Shown: in pieces, positions 48,970-57,281 of the stretch
How positions within the stretch are numbered: position 1 is the stretch's first letter
Layout of the letters: each line of letters opens with the position of its first letter
Origin: a virus
Reading direction: 5' to 3' (one strand)
DNA length: 64,000 nt
UHGV virus genome: UHGV-1351982
The notes under the pieces: generated by a model
Database searches by the model: none
Told to the model about the DNA's origin: nothing
The model's input: only the letters and a program-made list of their open reading frames with translations
Made by a program: the position numbers and the translations under genes

Positions 48970-50634
48970 TTATGCAAAGAATTTACCGTTCTTAAAGTCA
49001 ATCAATGTTCTTTGACCGTTTGCATAGGTAATTAAATGCGTTTGCGTCCAGCTTGACGCGCCCACGTTGTAGCCCATATCAAGGGAACCAGCAACGCCAG
49101 CGGTATAAACGCCGCCGTAAATGCTAGCCGTATGAGTATGACCAGTGTTAAGGCGTCCCAACTTTTTAAACTGCTTAGGATTGCCCCGACTGCCGTTAAT
49201 GCCATTGTGACCATGTACGCCGCATTCAATGCCAGCGATTTTAAACGACTGGTCAGTAGTCAGGAAAATAGCGTTAAATTCGCAACCTGCGACACTACGC
49301 AAGGCGTAATCTAGCACGTTAAAAGTATCATCCTTTTCAGCAATAGCGGCGTATATAGCAGCGTTTAGACGGTGATACAATTCCGCGTTTGCGGGATCGT
49401 CTTTAATGTTAGCGTTACGATCATCTAACCAGCGGGATAAAGCTAAATCATGGTTAGATTCAACAATGATTGTTTGAGAGAAATCACGCTCCATTGATTC
49501 TAATACGCGTCCAGTGTCGATAAGATCATCTAGAACCTTGTCACGTCCTGCGGCGTACTGTTTAGCAAGGAATACACCACTAGCGCGGTTGTGATGGTTA
49601 CGCGATGTAAAATCATGCACATCATGAATAAACTGATATTTAGGCTTGAGAATATCAAGCAAGCTGTTTTCACTAGCCCATGAAGCAACGGCGCATTCAT
49701 CATCTAATTTTTCGGCGTGAATATCACCATATTGCAAGCCTAGAACATGATCGGACGTTTCAAAACATCCGGTAGGCATAGCGCAAACATTCAAATCATA
49801 AAACATTCCGCTTTCGTCCATCGTTTCAAGCTGACGAACAAAAAATTCGCCGTCGTCGTCAAATTCTACCAGCAAAGCGCCGAAATTATGTAAAGCCTCG
49901 GCCTTTTGTCCTGCCTTTTGCTGGATATAGTTTTTAAGCGTAGCCGTTCCGGTTGAATACATACGGCGCACTACTTCACCTTTTAACGCTGGCACACTTT
50001 CAGCGGTAATTTTAGCGTGACCAATTGCCAGACCTTCAATATTTAAAGCCGTGGCGGTTTCTGCGAATCCTGAAAGCGGATAGTCTGCCGTTGGTAACAC
50101 GTTAATTTCAGCCATGAAAGCAAAACGGCGATTATTTAAAAATACGTTTTTCTCGCAAATATATTTATTAAATGCGGGATCGTATTTAATGCCTTCGTTA
50201 CCTTCTCCATTCTGGAAGCCGTTTTTATTGTAAATGAATTTACTAACCAGCAATTCACCGCCGATATATTCAGCGAATTTTTCCAGACTTGCTAAAAAGT
50301 TTTTATGCGGGAAAGTATTATTTTGAATCGACGTTAGAATAAAACGGCGACCGGATTTAACTTCCCACTGTTCCACGGTACTAGAAACAATTCCCGCCGC
50401 TTCGGGGCGATCATCATTTTTAATCGCCTTTTCAGCTTTTGCCGCTTTCGGTTTTGCTGGCTTATTTGCTTCCAACCAATCGCAAATTGCGGTTGAATGT
50501 TTCGTTGTATCGTAAACAGCTTTTGATATATCGTCGCAAACTTCCAGCTTAGTAGCGCGTAAACGTTTACCGTAGAAATTAAAATCAGCGGCAAGTTTAA
50601 CGATCTGGGCTTGTTTTTCTGCGGAAATATTCAT
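48970..50634 (-). CDS. A1: A1-like pre-early protein, metallophosphoesterase fold
   Basis: 554 aa (T5 A1 recalled as ~556 aa); calcineurin-type motifs (SDH, GDIH, ESNHD, GHTHT). Confidence 0.8.
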   Translation of the reverse strand: MNISAEKQAQIVKLAADFNFYGKRLRATKLEVCDDISKAVYDTTKHSTAICDWLEANKPAKPKAAKAEKAIKNDDRPEAAGIVSSTVEQWEVKSGRRFILTSIQNNTFPHKNFLASLEKFAEYIGGELLVSKFIYNKNGFQNGEGNEGIKYDPAFNKYICEKNVFLNNRRFAFMAEINVLPTADYPLSGFAETATALNIEGLAIGHAKITAESVPALKGEVVRRMYSTGTATLKNYIQQKAGQKAEALHNFGALLVEFDDDGEFFVRQLETMDESGMFYDLNVCAMPTGCFETSDHVLGLQYGDIHAEKLDDECAVASWASENSLLDILKPKYQFIHDVHDFTSRNHHNRASGVFLAKQYAAGRDKVLDDLIDTGRVLESMERDFSQTIIVESNHDLALSRWLDDRNANIKDDPANAELYHRLNAAIYAAIAEKDDTFNVLDYALRSVAGCEFNAIFLTTDQSFKIAGIECGVHGHNGINGSRGNPKQFKKLGRLNTGHTHTASIYGGVYTAGVAGSLDMGYNVGASSWTQTHLITYANGQRTLIDFKNGKFFA

Positions 50635-50743
50635 AACTAATTCAACTCCTATAAAGGGATAAAGATTAAAGCTGGCAATATTGCCAAATATAACGCCTTG
50701 CCTGAAGTGAGGACAATTTAAAAGGCGTTATAATTTGCAACAT

Positions 50744-50968
50744 TTAATTAATCGGCATTAAACTAGAACAAAAGCCAAATACAATGCCAATTGTAAGAAA
50801 GATAATTGACATATATTTTTGAATGTTCGCGTTTTTGCGGAAATTATTTGCGGCGTAAACGTTATTAATTCCAATTATTGCCAGAATTGACCGCGTATAA
50901 TTCAGAATAAAAGCGGCGGCAATAATAAATAAACCTAAAATAAACGCTTCGCTAGGATAAAAGATCAA
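50744..50968 (-). CDS. small membrane protein
   Basis: 74 aa; two hydrophobic segments. Confidence 0.45.
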   Translation of the reverse strand: MIFYPSEAFILGLFIIAAAFILNYTRSILAIIGINNVYAANNFRKNANIQKYMSIIFLTIGIVFGFCSSLMPIN

Positions 50969-51018
50969 GATTATTCTCCTTTAAGGGATAGCGGGGAATA
51001 TTCCCCGCTAATTAAAAT

Positions 51019-51435
51019 TTATTCACCTGCGGCCTGTTTTACTTCCTCCGCTACGCCTAACAATTGCGCTACGGCGTCCAGCGTTTCCAGTTTTGCACTT
51101 TCCAGACTTGCCAAATCGTCGGCATCTTTTACAATGCCGCTATCAATGGCATGTTTAGCAATGACGCGCACATAGTGAGCTTTACGGACAGAGCTACCGC
51201 CGCCAACTTTACGCGGTTTATCGCTTTTCTGATAGGCTTTTGCACTGGCCAATTTAGAACGTACAGAAACAGGGGACGCAGCGCCAACGGCGGCGGCAAT
51301 TTCTTTTAAGCCGTCACTATTCGCAAACTCAATCCCGCTTTTAGCAACCATTTCAGAGTACATAGAAACAGCTTTTTCGGTGTTTTCTTCGTTCCAAGAG
51401 AATTTTGCGGTTTTTTCGGTTTTAACGTTAGACAT
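51019..51435 (-). CDS. A2: A2-like pre-early protein (putative DNA-binding)
   Basis: 138 aa; immediately upstream of A1 homologue in transcript order; size consistent with T5 A2. Confidence 0.6.
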   Translation of the reverse strand: MSNVKTEKTAKFSWNEENTEKAVSMYSEMVAKSGIEFANSDGLKEIAAAVGAASPVSVRSKLASAKAYQKSDKPRKVGGGSSVRKAHYVRVIAKHAIDSGIVKDADDLASLESAKLETLDAVAQLLGVAEEVKQAAGE

Positions 51436-51535
51436 AATTTAATACTCCATTCAATTATTAATTAAGGGATTATGATTAACTAATGTTAATCCATATATTC
51501 CCCATATTTCAGGGGAATATAAAAGTAACACTAAT

Positions 51536-51787
51536 TTATGCTATAGCTTGCCATTTATCATCTTTCTGAATGATCTTTACAACGTCGCCAGATTTAACGC
51601 GAACATTATAAATAGGCTTGCTGTTGTTACTGCGTTCCGTTTCCGCATAGACCGCTTCAATCTTATCAAAGGGATCAAGCGCCGCACCTTTGATACGTTC
51701 GGCTTTTCCGGTTAATTCATCAGTTTTAGTTACAAAAGGAATGAAAACAGATTGACCTACTTTCGGCGCGGTAATAACGTTTTGCAT
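51536..51787 (-). CDS. hypothetical protein
   Basis: 83 aa ORF in pre-early operon. Confidence 0.5.
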   Translation of the reverse strand: MQNVITAPKVGQSVFIPFVTKTDELTGKAERIKGAALDPFDKIEAVYAETERSNNSKPIYNVRVKSGDVVKIIQKDDKWQAIA

Positions 51788-51898
51788 TTTTAATACTCCG
51801 GTTTATTGGGGATTATTCCACAATAGCGCCTCGATACTTTGAAACGCTATTAGATTATAATCCGCTAGGAGTTAGCCTAAACATTACCATTATCCAAA

Positions 51899-51944
51899 TT
51901 TTTAAAGAGCAGTTACTACGGGGAACATCTTAAAACCTATCGGC
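51899..51944. repeat. composite repeat A+B upstream-flanking a small basic ORF
   Basis: 13-mer TTTTTAAAGAGCA (A) plus 25-mer GGGGAACATCTTAAAACCTATCGGC (B); partner at 52204-52243 has B inverted and A direct. Confidence 0.55.
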
Positions 51945-51951
51945 TAGCGTG

Positions 51952-52170
51952 TCAAGCGTTTTTTAAACTTTTTTCGATTTGATGTGAGTTATATAAATCA
52001 ATCATTATATTACGCCACACCATTTCCAGACCTTGCTGCTTACCTTTCTTGTATTGCTTGAATCTGTATTTTACAGATCGTTGCGCTACTGTCAACAAAT
52101 TTTTTGTTCTGCTATCCAGTGGGCTAGCAGGTTTTGCACTAATCACTAAAGCGTTTTTTGATTTGATCAT
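51952..52170 (-). CDS. small basic protein (possible DNA-binding)
   Basis: 72 aa, Lys/Arg-rich; flanked by 25-bp inverted repeats. Confidence 0.45.
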   Translation of the reverse strand: MIKSKNALVISAKPASPLDSRTKNLLTVAQRSVKYRFKQYKKGKQQGLEMVWRNIMIDLYNSHQIEKSLKNA

Positions 52171-52203
52171 TATCGTCGATTCCTTATAATGTATAAGTTT
52201 ACC

Positions 52204-52243
52204 GCCGATAGGCTTTAAGATGTTCCCTAGTTTTTAAAGAGCA
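52204..52243. repeat. composite repeat B'(inverted)+A
   Basis: GCCGATAGGCTTTAAGATGTTCCC is the reverse complement of B (2 mismatches), followed by a direct copy of TTTTTAAAGAGCA. Confidence 0.55.
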
Positions 52244-52560
52244 TGGCGGTAAACTTCCCCGCCGTGTAATCTTGCGTTTCGTTTCCGTCCCGCCGTCCTA
52301 CGAGATAAATAATAGGGGATTCCCGAAAATGGCGCAACCTTATTTTTGTAAAGAAACGTAAAGAAAACCACTACCCGCACCACGGCAAGCGGCGCACTAA
52401 GTTTAATGAAACAGGCGCGCGAATAACACTAAAACAACCACTTTAGCAAGTAATTTTTTCATTTATATCTGCTCTAGGGTACTTGACAAAATCTAAAATC
52501 CTCGTGGTGAGGTTTTCTCGGTGTACCCCTTATGATTGCCTATCTTTTCCTTTGATGCGC

Positions 52561-52587
52561 TTAGAATCGCTTACAGAGCGTTTTAGA
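52561..52587. repeat. ~27-bp direct repeat, copy 1 (TTAGAATCGCTTACAGAGCGTTTTAGA)
   Basis: Near-identical copy at 56302-56329. Confidence 0.6.
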
Positions 52588-52799
52588 CCCTGTTAATAAC
52601 TTATACAAAAAGCAAAAATGAAATTTAATGAGTTATCCACTTGATTTTTCAAAAAAGTATTTTCTGCTGTTATTTTTCATTGACAAATAAGTTTAGACGT
52701 GCATTGATTGGTTAGCAGACTAACAATCGCTAGGATAATAATCACGCTGGTGGATTGTAACAGCCGAAACAGTTAGCAGACTATTAATACTCTAAAAAC

Positions 52800-52834
52800 C
52801 TATTAGCCAACTAACTATTTCATATTATATAATA
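52800..52834 (+). promoter_or_regulatory. orphan promoter-like element (TATAAT at 52828-52833) in a non-coding region
   Basis: Matches the conserved -10 plus downstream box (TATAATATACTTATAAATTAAAGAGA) but no ORF follows for >400 bp; -35 weak. Confidence 0.35.
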
Positions 52835-52904
52835 TACTTATAAATTAAAGAGAAATAATAACTATAAGAAACTATCGGCTAAGTGAGAACCACTATCATT
52901 TAGG

Positions 52905-52974
52905 TTATTCACAAAGTTATCCACAGCACAAAATAACTTGACGCAATAGGCGACGTTTTGGCGACTTATCCACA
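52905..52974. promoter_or_regulatory. DnaA-box cluster (TTATTCACA 52905-13, TTATCCACA 52917-25, TTATCCACA 52966-74)
   Basis: Two perfect and one near-consensus 9-mer matching the E. coli DnaA box TTATCCACA, inside an ~1 kb non-coding region. Confidence 0.6.
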
Positions 52975-52994
52975 GACTTATGTACAGGTTATCC

Positions 52995-53014
52995 TACTGT
53001 ATAAATATACAGGG
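52995..53014. promoter_or_regulatory. LexA-type SOS-box-like palindrome (TACTGTATAAATATACAGGG)
   Basis: CTGT-N8-ACAG with AT-rich core, next to the DnaA boxes. Confidence 0.5.
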
Positions 53015-53261
53015 TAGAATGGTAGCAGTAACAACCGCAATCAAATTTAAGCGGCCTAGAACGCGCTACACGGCGTTTTCTCACTGCTACCCTTATTATA
53101 ATAAAGCCTTGTGTACGCTTACAGAGAGCTAGAAATAGAAAACGCGCGGTTATCATAAAAACAGGCAGTAGGCAAGGAATAAAAAACCTTTTCTTTTTTC
53201 TTGCCCATAGTGAACAAATATCTATATCATTCACTCACCGATTAACGAGGGAGGCAAAGAA

Positions 53262-54281
53262 ATGTCTACTGTAAGAATTGCAGTGCCAGCAAACGCAACT
53301 ATTGTTAAAGGTAGTTTGCGCAACCTGCTAGATGGTAGTAGTGCGGCAAGTATTCAGCACACCGCTACTATTGTAGAAAAGATTCACGATGAAATTTTAG
53401 ACAATAATGATACTCATTATTCAGTTGATGATTTCACGCTATTACTAGACCAGACAAGGGCGCTAGTAATTTTCAACCGTGATTATCACATTTTCCGTAA
53501 TAGTCGGGGAACTGATATTGATTTTATCATTGTTGGTTATAGTGAGTCTCATAGTGGTTACATTGCGCGATTATATAACGTGCAAGAAAAGGAGCAGGTA
53601 ACAGCAACAAAAGTAAATAATATCCGGCTGGATAGTGTCGGATCGTTATTAAATAGTATCTGGCGTGAATTATCCTCAAGCTATAAAGGTGCGGATAGTG
53701 ACGCAATCGAAACAACTGGCGTATTGTGTTTTGAAAAGTCAACGGGTAACATGTTGATCCCTAGCGATTATTTAGGGTATGGGAATGAATCAAACGTTGC
53801 AAACGCTGGATTTACACTTTTCCCGCTTGACAATGTAACAAAACAGGCTGTAAACTCTCAAACTTCAAGCGCAATTGCGCAAACTACTGAAAATAAAGGA
53901 AATAACACTATGTCTAAAGTAACCGCTATCGTTGCCGCTAATAAATCCGCCGCCGCTACCGCTGCAAAACTGGAAGCGGGTAAAGTAGCACTAACTCAGC
54001 TTACAAAAGTAGCGGCTAAAGCCCTGCCTTCTGGTATGGCTGGCATGTTCGCTAAACAGTATTTAGATACTCCGGTCGGGCGCGTTGTTGTTGCCAACTT
54101 GTTAAATCTGGCAATCGAACAATACGCACCGAATAACCAGAAAGCGCGAATTGTTGCTAAAGCCGCAATGGATGCCGCAATGCTGGAAGTGGTACAGAGT
54201 TTCAATATTTCTGAAATGATCGACAAGGCAATCGAGGGAATCAACATTGATGCTTTGACTGCTAATATTTCAGAAGAGTAA
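53262..54281 (+). CDS. hypothetical pre-early protein
   Basis: 339 aa; GAGGGAGG RBS; Ala-rich C-terminal half; intrinsic terminator downstream. Confidence 0.6.
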   Translation: MSTVRIAVPANATIVKGSLRNLLDGSSAASIQHTATIVEKIHDEILDNNDTHYSVDDFTLLLDQTRALVIFNRDYHIFRNSRGTDIDFIIVGYSESHSGYIARLYNVQEKEQVTATKVNNIRLDSVGSLLNSIWRELSSSYKGADSDAIETTGVLCFEKSTGNMLIPSDYLGYGNESNVANAGFTLFPLDNVTKQAVNSQTSSAIAQTTENKGNNTMSKVTAIVAANKSAAATAAKLEAGKVALTQLTKVAAKALPSGMAGMFAKQYLDTPVGRVVVANLLNLAIEQYAPNNQKARIVAKAAMDAAMLEVVQSFNISEMIDKAIEGINIDALTANISEE

Positions 54282-54289
54282 TAATAACA

Positions 54290-54325
54290 AGCGGGAATTA
54301 ATTTTCCCGTTTTCTTCCCTTTTAG
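54290..54325 (+). terminator. intrinsic terminator
   Basis: Hairpin CGGGAA-TTAATT-TTCCCG followed by TTTTCTTCCCTTTT. Confidence 0.65.
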
Positions 54326-54339
54326 TTAGGAGACTAATT

Positions 54340-54831
54340 ATGTTTGGTAACAGAAATTATGGCAACCCTATTGAAGCACGATCCCTTAATCATGACGCAA
54401 TTGTATTCACTCATGCGTCTACCGGTTATTGTGGATCAGATGGGAATGATTATCATTTCGTTCCCGCTGGTGACGATATTGATGATCTATGTAATGAGGC
54501 AGGTTATGAAAATGCTTGCTCTTATGGTCTAGAAGTTATTGAAGTAGACGACGGCGAATATGAGGATAATGATAATATTGAATGCTCCGCTTATCATTAT
54601 CAGTTAAGTGAATCAGGTTGTTATATTGGCGGCGGCGATCCTATTAATTCCATCACTGAAATAATTATTGAAAATGGTGGCGTTTCGCTGAATGGTAACA
54701 AGGCGTTACTATATGCAAACCGATTAAAGCAACTTGTATATATTCCTGATGGGAAAGAATGGGAAGAATACAACGTTCTAATTGCAGAATTGAAAAGCTG
54801 TTTCGGCGTGGAAGTGGTAGAAATAGTCTAA
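54340..54831 (+). CDS. strongly acidic protein (candidate DNA mimic / anti-restriction)
   Basis: 163 aa; roughly 30 Asp+Glu against about 7 Lys+Arg, several Cys; AGGAG RBS; own terminator. Confidence 0.6.
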   Translation: MFGNRNYGNPIEARSLNHDAIVFTHASTGYCGSDGNDYHFVPAGDDIDDLCNEAGYENACSYGLEVIEVDDGEYEDNDNIECSAYHYQLSESGCYIGGGDPINSITEIIIENGGVSLNGNKALLYANRLKQLVYIPDGKEWEEYNVLIAELKSCFGVEVVEIV

Positions 54832-54845
54832 TGTAAAGTTTTGTA

Positions 54846-54875
54846 AAGGTCGCCCTAATCGGCGGCCTTTTTTGT
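54846..54875 (+). terminator. intrinsic terminator
   Basis: Hairpin GGTCGCC-CTAAT-CGGCGGCC followed by TTTTTTG. Confidence 0.65.
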
Positions 54876-54938
54876 TATAATGCCTTTACACCGAAACGGT
54901 GGATTGAAAATTTTCCCTGATTTCTAGGAGGCGTTAAA

Positions 54939-55169
54939 ATGGTTGCTTTCTCTTCTTCTGACTCCCTTTTCACTGGTAAAGGTTGGGTATCTAATCGCTG
55001 GATCATTGATCAAATGGTTTCGGAATTTGGGATTGGTAAAACTTATGTTACCATTCAGGCGCTTTATGATAATGACAAGATTGACCAGCAAACCGCCGGA
55101 TTTTTGCTGGATACGCTGAAAGCGGAACATTGCACTAAAAAGCAAGCGGCAAAAATTGTTTTAATGTAA
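54939..55169 (+). CDS. hypothetical protein
   Basis: 76 aa; TAGGAGG RBS 7 nt upstream. Confidence 0.55.
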   Translation: MVAFSSSDSLFTGKGWVSNRWIIDQMVSEFGIGKTYVTIQALYDNDKIDQQTAGFLLDTLKAEHCTKKQAAKIVLM

Positions 55170-55216
55170 TTAATAACGGGGCGTTACTTTCGCCCCTCAT
55201 TCCCTTACTAGGAGTT

Positions 55217-55435
55217 ATGCAAATGTTAAAGAATGTTTCCCTTGCCCGTTCTAAAGGTTTTAAGCTGGTGGATGTTAACACCTTCGAGCGTCCAGATTGT
55301 AAAATCGAATATGTAGCACGCAACAAAAACCCTTTCCGTGTTACAGAAAAGAAATTTGACAAGCGCGGCAATTTGATAGCCGAAACGGTTAAACACTTTG
55401 CTACTTTTTACGCTGCTTTTCGTGGGGTATTATGA
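55217..55435 (+). CDS. hypothetical protein
   Basis: 72 aa; TAGGAG RBS. Confidence 0.55.
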   Translation: MQMLKNVSLARSKGFKLVDVNTFERPDCKIEYVARNKNPFRVTEKKFDKRGNLIAETVKHFATFYAAFRGVL

Positions 55436-55544
55436 GATCCTTATATATTGCTCTAGCGTTTGCTACTGTTGGCGTTGTATGCTCATTCGCCGCATTTGTT
55501 TTAAAAATGTACATGATATTTTCCCAGCTTTAGGAGGTTGACAA

Positions 55545-55892
55545 ATGGTAATTTATGAGGGCAATCGTTTTGTTGCTAATTGCCGTCCGGCATTGTTAGC
55601 AAACTATTTAAATCAGCTTTCACCAGTTTATAAAGGCGTGGTTAATATCTATGAAGGCAAAGCACATTATAAAATTTCTGCCGTTGTCGCTCGCGAGCTT
55701 GCCTTTCAGTTTCTTACTTTTAACTCATGCGATATTCAGGTTATGGGTGAGCCATTAGTCGCAGAAAATGAAAATGAATTTATTGACATTTTCCGCAAAG
55801 TATGTACAGAGCGCCTGATTATGAAGGGCGCGTATATTCAATCAACCGCTGAAAGTATTGAAACAGCGTTTCGAAAAATTGTAAATGAATAG
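55545..55892 (+). CDS. hypothetical protein
   Basis: 115 aa; TAGGAGG RBS. Confidence 0.55.
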   Translation: MVIYEGNRFVANCRPALLANYLNQLSPVYKGVVNIYEGKAHYKISAVVARELAFQFLTFNSCDIQVMGEPLVAENENEFIDIFRKVCTERLIMKGAYIQSTAESIETAFRKIVNE

Positions 55893-56018
55893 CTGGTGGC
55901 GAAAAACACAAAGCCATAAATCTAATAATACCGCTGGGAAACATTCCCAGCGTTTACGATTTGGTAATGGCTGCGTAATGATATTGATAATCATCCTCAT
56001 TCTAGGAGCGATGGCGTT

Positions 56019-56213
56019 ATGAGTGATAAAATTGTTGTAACTAAAACTACTGTTACCGTTGATACTTTCTTTGTGCCTGATACGCTGGAAAATCGGCAAT
56101 TAGTCGAGCGTGGCGATTATGACAAAGTGATATATGATGGGGATGGATACTATCAACATTTGGTAGACTCCTACGGCGAAAGCGAAAAGATCACACATCG
56201 ACTACCAGACTAA
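56019..56213 (+). CDS. hypothetical protein
   Basis: 64 aa; TAGGAG RBS; terminator downstream. Confidence 0.5.
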   Translation: MSDKIVVTKTTVTVDTFFVPDTLENRQLVERGDYDKVIYDGDGYYQHLVDSYGESEKITHRLPD

Positions 56214-56216
56214 TAA

Positions 56217-56250
56217 TAACGGGGCGCAACTATCGGCCCCGTCTTTTCTG
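56217..56250 (+). terminator. intrinsic terminator closing the pre-early + cassette
   Basis: Hairpin ACGGGGC...GCCCCGT followed by CTTTTCT. Confidence 0.55.
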
Positions 56251-56301
56251 GCCTTCCTCAAATTTCCCCTTATTAAAATACCTCTTCCAAAAATAAACGC
56301 G

Positions 56302-56329
56302 TTAGAATGCGTTACAGAGCGTTTTAGAG
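56302..56329. repeat. ~27-bp direct repeat, copy 2
   Basis: TTAGAATGCGTTACAGAGCGTTTTAGA, matching 52561-52587. Confidence 0.6.
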
Positions 56330-56358
56330 CTATATTAGAGTTATTCACTACGCAGGAA

Positions 56359-56378
56359 TACTGTATAAATATACAGTA
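56359..56378. promoter_or_regulatory. LexA-type SOS-box-like palindrome (TACTGTATAAATATACAGTA)
   Basis: Near-perfect match to the LexA consensus TACTGTATATATATACAGTA; second copy, in inverted module. Confidence 0.55.
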
Positions 56379-56398
56379 GAATAATCTGTTGATAAGTC

Positions 56399-56468
56399 TG
56401 TGGATAACGCCTCAAAATCGCTAGGATTTTGTCAAGTCAAATCGTGCTGTTAATAAACCTGTGGATAA
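56399..56468. promoter_or_regulatory. DnaA boxes in inverse orientation (TGTGGATAA at 56399-56407 and 56460-56468)
   Basis: Two perfect reverse-complement DnaA 9-mers; with the LexA-like box they form an inverted copy of the 52.9-53.0 kb module. Confidence 0.6.
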
Positions 56469-56499
56469 CTTAAATAACAGTGTTTCTCACTTCGCTTTG

Positions 56500-56640
56500 T
56501 AAATGCGAGTCATTCTCATTATCATTCGCGTTTCCCTTCCTAAATGCAAATCATTCTCATTCGTATTCCGGTAGTCAAATGATAACTATTCTCATTCGCA
56601 TTCAACTTCTCAAATGCGAATCAATCTCATTATCATTCGC
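56500..56640. repeat. four tandem ~30-bp dyad-symmetric iteron-like repeats
   Basis: AAATGC(G/A)A(G/A)TCATTCTCATT(ATCATTCGC) units at about 56500, 56542, 56575 and 56610, each with an internal GCGA..TCATTCGC inverted repeat. Confidence 0.6.
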
Positions 56641-56680
56641 ATTTCGGCAGGCAGGGCATTTTCTATTTGCCCTGCGCTTT

Positions 56681-57281
56681 TGTGCAAATCCGACATTTGC
56701 CCCCACGGATTACGTGCCAGCGTGTATGTGCGAATCCGACAATTTTTGGTAGTGTGCAAATCCGACCCGAAATATTTTTATAGTGTGCGAATCCGACAAT
56801 GAATTTCCCTAAAAACTCCAGCAATCTCGAACTGCGATCGAATCCTGTGGGATATGCGCAAATCCGACATGAGTTTGCTAGGAGACAGATTTATGGTTTC
56901 AGGAATATTTTTGTGACTTCGATGAGAGGGTGTGTAATTGTGTGAGTTTGGGGAGAAGTGCGAATCCGATGAGGTTTTGGGAGGAACTATGAGAGGAGCA
57001 GCGGTGTTGGTGCTTTAGCACCGATTTGCTGCGTTTTTGGGGATAATGTGAGATGTTTTGGGATAATTGGGCGTGGGGTGAGATAAAGTGAAATTTTATT
57101 AGTTAAATGGGGCAAAATCGCTTGACAAGTGAAAATTCCTGTGTCCCTAAAAACTCAGGCAATCATGGGCCTTCGGCCCGAAATAATGCTGCTATTTTCA
57201 GGAGATTATGTGCTCATGAAAACTTAGGCAATTGTGCAAATCCGACCAGTTTTTAAACTTATATCAGTGTGCAAATCCGAT
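56681..57281. repeat. eight dispersed copies of the 13-mer GTGCRAATCCGA(C/T)
   Basis: Copies at about 56681, 56727, 56754, 56784, 56855, 56958, 57232 and 57266, in a region with no convincing ORF. Confidence 0.65.

Noticed and set aside
52989-53234. Track ORF 52989-53234 (-), 81 aa
   Set aside because: Overlaps the DnaA/LexA-box module and promoter region of the + cassette, Arg/Cys-rich junk-like composition, no RBS; likely non-coding.
56480-56802. Track ORFs 56480-56752 and 56614-56802 (+)
   Set aside because: They lie entirely within the iteron field, have low-complexity translations driven by the repeats, and lack RBS; judged spurious.
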